A stretch of 64,000 nt of DNA from positions 87,792,001 to 87,856,000 of the forward strand of contig NC_042997.1 of NCBI RefSeq assembly GCF_006345805.1, given 5' to 3'. Each line of letters begins with the position of its first letter. Within the stretch, counting starts at the first letter, position 1. The translations under genes were made by a program, and so were the position numbers. The notes under the pieces were generated by a model that was not told the origin of the DNA, searched no databases, and saw nothing but the letters and a program-made list of their open reading frames with translations. This stretch comes from Octopus sinensis (taxonomy: Eukaryota). Shown piece after piece: positions 37,253 through 49,207 of the stretch.

Positions 37253-37679
37253 TCTTTTAACATTCAAATTACTCTGTCAAGTGTAATGCTTATTTAATCA
37301 CAATTTTCAATTAATTATGCATTATCTTGTAGCTTTGAGATTTTGATGATGTGATTGCTTATTTTTAGAATGACATCATAAGATAGGTGTGAGCGGCTGG
37401 ATTTGGCTGGTTTGAACATAAAACTTGTAGAATATCTGGGCCGGATATGCCCAGTTTAAATGCTAATGGGTTAAGCATTTAAATTGGTCATACCTGGCAA
37501 GATATTCTACCTGTTTTATGTTCAAACTGACCTCTCACACCTTCTTTGCAATATCATTCTAAAAATAAATAATCACATCATTAAAATTTCAAAGTTATGA
37601 GATTATGCAGATTAAATCAAAACAATGTGAATAAATAAACATTATATTTGACAGAATAACCTGAATACTAAGAGGCTAA
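37253..37679. mobile_element. Two piggyBac-type MITE copies head-to-head around a TTAA at 37471-37474
   Basis: Both halves are homologous to 34696-34920, in opposite orientations. Confidence 0.75.
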
Positions 37680-39711
37680 GCCCTTTGCTCCCTATCGAAC
37701 ATAGGTCACTTGTGATATTTCTTCACTGTTCTTAACTCTGGGCTGCCTTTTCCTCTCCAAGGTCTCATTGGTTTTGAATTATCATTGGTGCTTTTTTCCA
37801 TGTAGGGGTGTTGGCTCTACACAAACCTATTTTTGTCTCTGGGAAGAGGTGGTCCATATTAATCTAGCCTCTATCCTTTGACCTGTCCAGCTTGGAAGGT
37901 CCTATTAGGAGCTTGCTTTTTACTGGCACAGCTCTCAAGGTCATTGAAGTACACAAGGCATCACACCACAAAGACTGGACCTTGTGGTAGGTGGGGAGGC
38001 AGTGCAATTGCACCAGGATACTGCTGCCTCCATATTATTGAGGAGAATTTTCTCAAACATTTAGTAAAAAATATGCAAGTAAACATTAACAACACCAGCA
38101 GCTGCACCTCCACCACCACTGCCATAATAAACAGTGCTGATAATTTCTGAAAATGCATTATTATTTAAGCAAGAGCAGGTTGAAGAAAACTATTTAAAAG
38201 CCATAGTTTTTGTTTTGATCGGAGAAAAAGCTGGAAAGAAACCAAACTGAAAACTTGTAGATAAGCAAATTGATATTAAATTAGAAAATATCAGAATTGG
38301 TTTGAAGGTTATTACCAAATGACTGGAATTGATAGTAGCTTAGAATGTAATGTTATTAACAGAGTGAAGACAGACAGTTCTGTAATTACATAACTGCCAA
38401 GAAAAAAAAATTCTTTTTCAGAGATCTTCACATTGGCTTACTATGTGTATAAGCAAGTATGGTTGTGTGGATTTGTGTTTGTGTGTGTGTGTGTTTGTGT
38501 ATCTGCATGTATTTGTGTATATGTATGTGTTTGTGTATATGTATGTGTTTATGTTTGTACATGTATGGTTGTGTGTGTATATGTATATGTGTTTGTGTAT
38601 TTGTATGTATTTGTGTATATGTGTGTGCTTATGCATGTATATGTTTGTGTGTATGTGCATGCATAATATGTGTGTATGTGTGTGTGTGTGTGTTGTGTGT
38701 GTGTGTGTGTGTGTGTGTATGCATTGGATAGTTATTCAGACATCTGCATGAATTGTTGGAGAATGTATCGTCATATCAAGATACACCCTCCTAAATGCTA
38801 ATTATTCTGCTAACATGCATGCTCTTCTAACAATGCAATTTAACAACAATATGTGCATGATCTCTATCATTATTATTATTGTTGTTTTTACTGTCATTGT
38901 AATTTTAAAGCCATTTTTCTTTTACTTCAGCTGGTACTTTTTTTTTTAAAGCTGTTGTTATTGTTAGTAGATTTAACTATAATACAGAGTTAGACAATCA
39001 AATGCTATGCATGAAGCCAATATATTCAAAATTTTAGATATTCTCATGCTTTTATCTTACCTCGCAATATTACATAACCAATGCCTGGGTCTTCATTTAT
39101 TTAGTCAGCCTTTTAACCGAATTCTGACACTTTTACACTATTTTTATTGTGGTTGCACTGCCTTAAAAACTAACATTTAAACATATGGTTTTCGTTTTAA
39201 AAACAAAGAGTGTATAATACAATAATCAGGGCAAAATGTTTGGCGAAGAATGAAAATGATTATCAATATCTTTAAGATATTTTACTCAAAGGAAATAAAC
39301 TAATCTTATATGACCATTGCAATAAATCTCAACACATAACATTCCTGTATTTCCAGGTTGACTAATCAACTTCAAAGTTCCACTCTTTATTGGTTACAAA
39401 GTGATAGATTCAATTGTATTGTAACAGAAGACTGAAGACAAAATCTATTATTCCTTGTCAACCTTACAGGAAAACAGTTTGTACTAGAAAGGTTATGCTG
39501 CTGTAAAAAAAAATGCCTAGATTTTCAGAAATATCAGTGAATTTAATTATGCATTTCATAGTTTTGATATATTTATTAAAATTATCAACCCTTTCTACAT
39601 GTAACAGAACATTCACAAGCCTTCTTAATTCAAAGAGTATGTGACAAATATAATGGGCTTGATGGAAGTTTAATGAAACATGAAATAATGATAGTCTAAT
39701 TACTGTAAATC

Positions 39712-39723
39712 ATCATCATTCTT

Positions 39724-39772
<49 letters not shown>

Positions 39773-39830
39773 CCACCATCATCATCATCACCATCATCAT
39801 CATCATCTTTATCATGCTCATCATCATCAT
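39712..39830. repeat. (CAT)n trinucleotide tract
   Basis: Directly visible; it leads into a family C tail. Confidence 0.95.
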
Positions 39831-40437
39831 TTAACAATCACTTTTCAAGTTGGGCTGCATCCACACTTTTCATGTTGGATGATTTGTCAGGTGCTGGCAA
39901 GCCAGAAAACTGCACCAAGTCCTACTGACTGCTTTGGCATGGGTTCTATGACTGGATGCTATTTCTAATGCCAACCACTTTACAGAGTGTGCTGGATGTT
40001 TTTTACATGGCACCAGCAAGTTACCTGCAAGACAAGACTCCCCAACTGAGAGGAGAGTAGTATTAAGGGAAGTGACTTTGCACCAGATAATGAGAGATTA
40101 GAGTATGATAGAGGGACAGTAATAAGTGTCTTACAGTAGAGGAGGTACACGGTTACCCTTGTTAGAAAAGGAGAAGAGAGAGAAGATGGTGCAGCAGATG
40201 TGATGGGGCATTCCTTCAAGTTACCAGAAGGGGTGGGTGATAGGATGATGAGTTGCAATGTGAGTTTATATAGATATAATAGATCATTTGATAAATGTAT
40301 GCATAAAATTACTGTATAAACAAAATCAATGAGCATCAATGAATATATAAACCAAAATTTACAGACAATGAGGAATAAATTTTAAATTAATGCATAAACT
40401 TAAAAAAAACTACGCTATTAAATAAAACTGTATAGAC

Positions 40438-40885
40438 ACAGGCATGACTGTGTGGTAAGAAGCTTGCTTCCCAACCACTAGGTTCCGAGTTGAGTCCTAC
40501 TGCATGGCATCTTGGGCAAATGTCTTCTACTATTGCCACAGGCCAACCAAAGCCTTATGAGTGGATTTTGTAGACAGAAACCGAAAGAAGCTTGTCACAT
40601 ACATGTGTGTGTATGCATTTGTGCATGCACATGTATATGTGCTTAAATGTGCATGTGTCTTTATGCTTATGTTTGTCCCCCACCACCACTTGACAACTGG
40701 TGCTGGTGTGTTTACCACCCCATAACTTAGCAGTTCAGCAATAGTGACCAATAGAATAAGTACCAGGCTTAACAGAAAAAAATTAGTAGTAGGGCTGATT
40801 CATTTGACTAAAAATTCTTCAAAGTAGTGCCCCAGCATGGCTGCAGTCTAATGACTAAACAAATAAAAGATAAAAGATAAAAGAT
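40438..40885 (+). mobile_element. SINE family A, near full length
   Basis: tRNA-like head GGCATGACTGTGTGGTAAGAAGCTTGCTTCCCAACCAC...GTTCCGAGTTGAGTCC, core GGCATCTTGGGCAAATGTCTTCTAC, and an (AAAGAT)n tail. Confidence 0.9.
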
Positions 40886-41949
40886 GTTAATTTTCCTTTC
40901 ATGGAAAACTTTTGACATTTTAGAGAGAATGGAGATGAATAGTTGCTACTGCTTAAAAGTTCATATCCTGAAACCAGACTTTGCCACTTGTATTTTACTC
41001 TAGTTAACAAACAGCTGCTACTTCTCTATCCTATTGTGCAGTTGGTGTTTTGGCTCCAGGTAAAAAGTTATATCTGTAAAACTAATCAACTGCTCAGAGA
41101 AATCATACAAGTATTAAAATATCCACAATCTTGCTGCAACTGTTATTCTTTTGAGAAAACGGAGATGAAAACTGTCAGAAGACTAGTTTTTCACTTTGCC
41201 AAGAATAGCTGTTCACATAACATCATCATTACTTTTCTGTTTTTTCCATGCTGGCATGAGTTGGATAAGATATATCAAAACAGTATACTATGGCTAGATA
41301 TCCTTCCTGTTGTCAACCATTATTTGTTTTTCATGGAGGACATTTTTATTTCCTCTGTCTTCACATGAATCTGATGAAACCTTCAAGTTATCTGGTGTAT
41401 TGTTTACAGGGAATGTAAACAAACACACCATTGCTTGCTGTCAATGTGAAGAAATGTTCATCTATTCTATTAGTTATTGGACTGCAACCATTGGGGGCAG
41501 GGCACTGCCTTGAAGGGTAATAGTCAAATAAGTTGAACCCACTACTTAAGTTTTAAGTCTGGTTCTTATTCTATCAATCTCTTTTTCCAAACCACTAAGT
41601 TACAGGAACATAATCAAACCTACACCAGTTGTTGAGTGATGAGGCACACTCACATCTATCTATCTGTCTGGCTGACTGTTTGTCTGTCTGTCTACACACA
41701 AACACACATGCACGCACACACCAGGTTTCTGTACAGTTTCTGTTTACCAAATTTCATTCACAAGGCCTTGATCAACCAAAGGCTATAGTAAAAAATACTG
41801 AAAATCTTGCGTCTCAAAGTAATTATGCAAATCATCTACAACTCTCATTTAGTTGATAAATAACTAATAGATTAAATCAAAGTGATAATGCGATCATCTT
41901 CCTTATGATTACTGCACAACATATATTCCCTAGTAAAGCAAGAGTAAAG

Positions 41950-42335
41950 ATTATGTAATTCAGGATAATTTATAATAAAGCAATCCTTAAAACAATACTT
42001 TAGGGAAAATATAGTATATAAGTGCTCTATCATTGCTCTTAGTAAAGAACATGCTTACATTGGTGCACCCTCTTCTTCATTCAAACTTTGCTGGAATAAT
42101 CACAAATCTATATTTTGGCATAAAGTAAAGGCAAGCAGTATATCTTTAGCTAACTTCCTACATCTTTTCATTGATAATAATATTAAATTTAAAATTGCTG
42201 GGTCCATTGTACGTAATTCTCAGTTGTATAAAAAAATGGCAGTGGCTGGTATGGGCTCTGTGTTTCTGAGGCATTCCATATTAATAAAATTAACAAAATT
42301 AAATCAAATATTATAAATCAACATAATGAATTGAT
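41950..42335 (+). mobile_element. Penelope-like GIY-YIG endonuclease fragment
   Basis: ENIVYKCSII...HAYIGAPSSSFKLCWNNHKS...ASSISLANFL...NNIKFKI, then after a frameshift KNGS...LCVSE...INQHNELI. Confidence 0.8.
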
Positions 42336-42451
42336 TGTAAGATACCAATACCTTAAATATAAATCTTTCCTACATTCTAACTACACTTAACACTGCACTT
42401 AATCATTATATCTACCCTAATTGACTTAATAGCCTGGATTAATGCTTTGAA

Positions 42452-43110
42452 TAAATTCCACATCTATATTACCTGTAATGTTACACTACCTTAATAAGAG
42501 ATAATGTTTTAGAATATATTCATACATTCTGCTATTTGGAGAAATACTTCTTACCCATGAAAGCCAGCACCTACATCTAAATCATTCATGTATGCTAGCT
42601 AATTCCCTACTTCAGTTAACCATATTTTAGTCTTACTTTATTTGATAATATATTAAACCATTTCGAGACATTCTACTACCTAGCTCAATACAATTGAATA
42701 ATTCCCTACCTTGTTCACCATTATTTATTTCCACCTTAGTGATAGATAATGTATTAGACCATATTCAAATATTCTATGTGTGAAAATACTTATTTTTAAG
42801 GTGTTAGCACCTTAAATTTAAAGCTTCCATATGACAACTATACATATCTTGACACTTGAATATTGAACATACACTAACCTTTATCAATATAAATATATAA
42901 TTCTACACCTTAACTAACTGTCATTTGGCTTCACTGTAGAAATAGAAAATGTATTAGACCTTTTAGACATTCTGCTATTTATATAATACTTCTTGCATTT
43001 TGAAGTTTGATATTCCAGTCTATCATATTTAATGTCTGAACCATTTTTCCATATTTGAAGCTGCTACTCTATAATGACCATGTGTTTTCATAATTCTACA
43101 CCTTCAAACC
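42452..43110. repeat. Old degenerate tandem repeat with 100-200 bp spacing
   Basis: A TAATTCC/TAATTCT motif at 42452, 42599, 42699, 42898 and 43092. A GATAATGTATTAGACC...ACATTCT motif at 42500, 42644, 42745 and 42945. Confidence 0.65.
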
Positions 43111-43477
43111 TCTATGTACTTCTGTTTGCATCTACCTTAGACATCAATTCCTTTTATTAATATACATGAATCATTAATTCTGGTCCTATAATAATGTTTG
43201 GTAGATTGAATCTAATTGAAGTGTTTACATCTTAGTATTTATATACATACACTTACATATATACTCATATATATAGTTATTGTGTTAAGATATCTATATG
43301 TACACAAATATTTGTATCTGTGTGTATGCCTATGAATATATATGTATCTATGTATGTACCCTGTTTCTGATATTTATGTTTATATGCATGTATATGTAGC
43401 CATATCTGTTTATCAATGATAATGATGTATATTTAATATGTACATTAAATAGACAGGTATGTCTGCGTTTTATATCC

Positions 43478-43541
<64 letters not shown>

Positions 43542-44701
43542 CTATGCATATTTTTTTATACATGCTCATATTTATATTTATGTCTATGGATACATGTGCA
43601 ACTGGATGTGCCTATATAAGTATCTTTTCTACTATCAATACAAAAGTATGTCCATGCAGTAATGTATATATATGTATATGTAAATAAATATATACATGCA
43701 TATGCTTATATGTATGTATGTCTCTATAGGTGTATATGTGTATGTAACTACATTTATTTATAGGTGCATATTTTTTTAATATTGTGCATATTATGTTTGT
43801 ATATGTTTCTGTACATATTTAGCTATTGACTATGTGCTTATACTTATGTATACATACATATGTCTGAGTGTGTACCAATGTTTGCCTCCATGTGGTATGT
43901 ATGTACATTAATAAGAATGTGAATACATATCTGTGTGGATGTGGTTGTATATTTTTTATTTTTTTACTTCATTATTCTATTTTTGTTTTTTGTTTTTTGT
44001 ATGCTAATGTTTATTAGTATCTGCCTCAGCTTGGTGTATTGACTTCACTACAGTTTAGTGAAAGACAATGCATTTGAAGACCATTTGACTGTTTAATCCT
44101 ATTTGAAAGTAACTGTTGTTCAAAACTATCCCTTGGTTTAATTTTTAAATCTTCAGCCATCTATTCACTACTGAATTCATATATATCATATCTTGTTTTA
44201 TTGTTTATATGTAATTTTAAACACTCTCAAGATATTTTTTTTATTTAATCCAACTACTTTACTGCCTCTCCTATCAATTTCCTGTCTTGTGTTTGCTTTA
44301 AGAATGGTCAAGTCCTTAAACTTAGATCCAGCATCTTAACTGATAGCATACAAATGTATTTATTATTTGCATTTATTCTTTAATGACAATACCAATCTAA
44401 TTTTATCAATTATTAGTCTTCCACCCATTGTATATATAAAGGATAATTTTGTATGCATATGCCAAGTTGAAGCATTAGTGTAACCATGATGTTCTCGAGA
44501 TCTGAAGAGCTAGCCTTCTATATCTGAATTGATTTGTAAATGTACAGTTATACTGTGCAATGTGTGTGTTTTAGTTAAGATCAAAGTATATAGTTAACAA
44601 TTTGAAAAACTATCACCACATTACACACACACATACACACACACACACACGTACATACACACGTATAGATAATGTACATAATGTGAGAATATATATATAT
44701 A

Positions 44702-45172
44702 TATAGAACATGTAGAAAGATAAATTTTATTAAACAAATTTTTCTGCTTTTAAAAAACAGATTTTATCCTTTGTATATATACTCTTCAGTATCTACGCGT
44801 TGAGTAAAATTAGCTTTTTAGTTGTTCTACAATACATTTCAACGCTTTGAAAACAAACTTCTTTATTTACATACGACATAAGCTATGTGACATCCAGTGT
44901 TCCTGGATAATTCTATAACTTCTTAAATTGCAGAAAGATTTGGCAGTCAGGTAGTTTAGCTTAAATGGTAAAGCATTCCAACCAGATATTTGAGGGATGT
45001 GAGTTCAATCCTCATGGCTAGCTGCTGACAAATTTTTCTGCTTTTACAAAATGGATTTTATCCTTTGTATATATACTGTTCATTATCTATGTGTTGAATA
45101 AAATTTATTTTTCTGCTTGTTCAACAATACATTTCAACACTTTGAAAACAAACTTGTTTGTTTACATACAAC
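44702..45172 (+). repeat. tRNA-like-headed ~295 bp tandem repeat with an inverted 5' piece
   Basis: Direct repeats at 44734-44878 and 45029-45172. 44702-44730 is an inverted copy of part of the same tail. Confidence 0.85.
44950..45023 (+). pseudogene. tRNA-derived cloverleaf, non-canonical and probably not a functional tRNA
   Basis: Acceptor GGTAGTT/GGCTAGC; D stem GCTT/AAGC; T arm GTGAG-TTCAATC-CTCAT; anticodon arm of 19 nt instead of 17. Confidence 0.65.
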
Positions 45173-45213
<41 letters not shown>

Positions 45214-45258
45214 ATCCAACCCATGCTAGCATGGAAAGCGGACGTTAAATGATGATGA

Positions 45259-45314
<56 letters not shown>

Positions 45315-45670
45315 ATGTGTGGGTATGTATATGTGCATGTGTGTTTCTATTATCAACACAAACATAACAACCAACAGCAACGTAGTATGAAGTAGATAAT
45401 CAAATCGATTTCAAAGAAAAACATAGAAGGATTTTTTAGTGTATTTTAAAGTTAAATGAAATGTCTTTGATCTTAGGTCTATGAGTATTGACTTGAGACT
45501 AAAGAGCCATAACAATACAATTAACAAGAACAATATAAGCACCACACCACCAGCAATACCTGACCACTGTTACTAACATCTAAACCAATGCAACTCACAT
45601 CATCACCACTATCAATCCTCTAATTCTTTAATCCAACTGGCTACAGCAGATATCAACATGTGTGTGTGCA

Positions 45671-45710
<40 letters not shown>

Positions 45711-45978
45711 TATTTGCACATGAGCATGTATTTATATCTGACATCAGAAGTGCAAGGAGCACTACCTATAAAATCTGCTGACCCTTCAGCTGACTGTAAT
45801 CACAGTACTTTTTCTTCATCAGTCCTTCACTTTTTCATCTTATTCTCATTATTCCATCAACAAGAATGAGACAATTTTCCATTCTCACAAAACAGATCTT
45901 CCCTGGGCCAATTATTTAGCTCTATAGTTGTTGCAGATAATTAATCCCTGCTGCTTTTGGATTTGCCTTTAGTTTAAA

Positions 45979-48171
45979 ATGCCTGGGAAGAAGCTATCAA
46001 GTAGACATTAAGGCAGTAGTGTGAAAAGGAATAATAAAGGGATTACACTGAATATTAAGCATGATATGTAAAAAGACTTCATGCAGAAGTAAAATTATAT
46101 TGCCAAAGCATTAAATCTTGCAACATCTACAGAAGGAACAATACATAACAACAGAGAGCAAACTATGTAAAGTGCTCAAGAAGCTATTCCATTGACTGTT
46201 CAGACCTTATTTTTCTATAGATTTTATGTAATGCTTAAAATGGAATGATGCTTGAGTGTATAGATCAAGGATCAGAATTGGTGTAATATGCTGATAAACA
46301 TGATGGCAATTCAAAAAAGGAGCCAAAAGTTTATATGATGATTTGCAAAAAAAAAAAAATGGGTGGGGGACTTTTAATGGAAATCCCTTTTTTGTTAGTA
46401 AAATCTGGTTTGAAAGGTTTAAAGATCATATGAATTTGCACAACATAAAAATGACTAGTGAAATTGCGAGTGCTGATACAGAGACTGCTACTAAATTATC
46501 CTTAGCAATTGAAAGAAATGATTGCTGAAGGAGGCTACACACCAGAACAAGTACACAATGTTGATGAAACTGCATTTTACTGGAAATGCATGCCTGTTAG
46601 AACTTTTATTTCTCAAGAAAAAAAATCAACACCAGGATATAAAACCTCCAAAAATTATCTGACATTTCTTTTGGGAGGAAATACTGTTGGTGACATGCAA
46701 CTAAAGCCCCTACGCATGTATCTCTCTGAAAACCTGTTGTAGGGAATTAGTAATAATAGTACACCCCTCCCACATGATGAATAGAATAACCTAATCACTA
46801 TAAGTAAAGAGAAGTATGTGAAATACCAGAGTATGTAGTAGGTGATCAGAGATAGTTGTATCTTTACTATTTTTACTAAATGTACTATATACCAAACATT
46901 TTAAAGATTATAACAAAATCTGAGAGCTGTCAAGAGTTACACAAAGTTTAATCTACTTCTAATTTGGTGTCTAAATAATAAGGTATAGATGATTATGTCT
47001 CGTACAGAGTGAGTGATAATATTTCCAACAAAATATTGCTTATTTTAGACAATACACTGAGCCATCTATGAACATAGATGACCTTTCTGAAAGTAGAATA
47101 TACTCTCAAGAATACAACTTCTTTACTACAGCCAATGAATCAAATTGTGATAGCTAACTTCAAGGAGCATTATATGAGAACTTTCAAACAACTTTTGAAA
47201 GCAACTGACAAGGAGGATAAACCTACACTTGGGGATTTCTGGAAGAAATTCAACATTAAGGATGCTGCGCATGATATAACTAGGCCATGATATGAAGTGA
47301 AACCTTCAACTTTGACTAGTTCTTGGAAAATTATATGGCCAAGCTGTATCTGTGACATTACAAATTTTCCTCAAGCAGAAAGTCTACATCAAATCTGGAA
47401 AGATATTGTGACATATGCAAAGGATGTAGGATTTGAAGAAGTCATAGGGAATGATGTATTTGAGTTGCTAGTGATCCAGAGAGAAAGTTTATCTAACAAG
47501 GAGCTGATACTGTTAGTAACAGAAAAAGTTGAGAATACAGATGAAATACTACAACTATTGGCTATAAAAATTATTGCTAAAGGATTTGCGCTTATAGAGG
47601 AAGGTCTGCTGGCTTTTGCTGATAATGGTCCTAACAGTGAATTAAAAGAGGAATTTATAATGAGTTCAGTTCCTATATTGAGCTGTCCAAAGGGATGCTG
47701 CATCATAATCAACAAACAACTTTGGATGAATTCTTCATCCCTCAAGCTAATGTCAATGATAATGTACTATAGTAAATATGGTCTCTCATCCTCCTAATAA
47801 TATGCATTCCATCACCATTCCTCACAATGTAGTCAACATCTTTTTGTGGTAAAGAACAAAAGATGTTGACTACGATATTATAATTCTTATCAATTCCCTA
47901 ACTCATTCTTCTTTAAATGTTTTTGTCGTTATGTATCTAAACTTTGCTGTGTACGCTCAAAAATAATTATTTTCAGGCATAAAGGTTTTTTTCTCTGTTT
48001 TTTTCCTTGGTCATTCAATTTTTCTTTTTTAAAAAATGAAAACCCTGTAGGAGCACAAACTCACTTGATAGTATGAAAATCAATAAGAAAATTAATTACG
48101 TTTTATAGAATTTCATGTTATGGTCAAAGTTTCAGGAATACATTTCTTCCATAAAGTGAGGGATTCCTCTG
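45979..48171 (+). mobile_element. Decayed pogo/Tigger transposon (psq HTH plus DDE_1)
   Basis: ATG at 45979 MPGKK...KRNNKGITL; GGYTPEQVHNVDETAFYWKCMP; KILLILDN; NTTSLLQPMNQ.VIANFK. The right TIR GAGGGATTCCTCTG ends at 48171; the left TIR was not found. Confidence 0.88.
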
Positions 48172-48196
48172 TGCATGTGTGGTGTGTGTATATATG

Positions 48197-48239
<43 letters not shown>

Positions 48240-48240
<1 letters not shown>

Positions 48241-48492
48241 AAAAAAGTCAAGGTAGAAAATGCTAAAATAATTTTATAAAAAACATTTCAGTACCAGTTT
48301 CAATCATTGAGACTTTTTCAACTGTAAGTATGGAATAATTAAATTTTGGAAAAATTAAAAGAAAAGTCTTTTTAAAAGAATATTTACATAGTATTCAAAT
48401 ACAAGGGGCATTTTCCTTGTTTCTGCCTGTCTCTGTCTCTCTTGTTTACTCTTGTGGGTTCAAGGTCGATGTGAATTCTTGGTAGGGAATGA
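48240..48492 (-). repeat. Penelope-UTR-like fragment with a decayed hammerhead at 48289-48324
   Basis: Minus strand CAG-TTGAAAA-AGTC-TCAAT-GATT-GAAA-CTGG-TA-CTG. Confidence 0.5.
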
Positions 48493-49207
48493 TAATAATA
48501 ATAATAATAATAATAGTAAAATTTGTCTTAAGAAAGTTGGCACACTATAGTCCCAAACAGAATATATAAAGCATCACCAGAAATTCAACTAATTGGCAAT
48601 TACAGCCTAATACACACATACACACACACACACACACAAACACACACAAACAAATACACACACACACACACACACACACACTTTCTCTCTTGCACACATA
48701 TATATGTATGTATATATGTTTTCCCATATAATAACAGCAACAGTAACAGATAAGATAGCTTTTTTCCAATGATATTGTCTAGAGATATGTTTAAAAGGTT
48801 AATAAATATAGGTAAATAGATAGTTTTAGGTAAATTTCTTTTTAATGTTATCACCAGTAGCACTGTGGAGATATGTTCAGCAATGTAGAATGAAATTTTG
48901 TGATTTAGTTTAGATTTAATACAAAAGTAGGCTAAAACATTGAAGAAAGTTATGATTTACGGCCTATAAGTAATAGAAATGCTGTTTACTTAGCTGAAGT
49001 AATATATGAAAAAAATTATGAAATCGAGTACATAAATTACATTGTGTGATATAAAAGCCTATCAGTAGCATAAACTAATATAAAATTGTAATGTAAAAAT
49101 TGTTTATATGAAAATAAATCTCCATTTACAATTTGTAAGATATATGTAAAATATTGCTTTTTAAAGCATTATCAATAACATTATCTGATATTATCGCTTT
49201 TATCAAA

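Noticed and set aside
39357-39440. Strong acceptor TTCCTGTATTTCCAG followed by a short open frame
   Set aside because: Only ~26 codons to a stop, with no recognisable product or partner exon.
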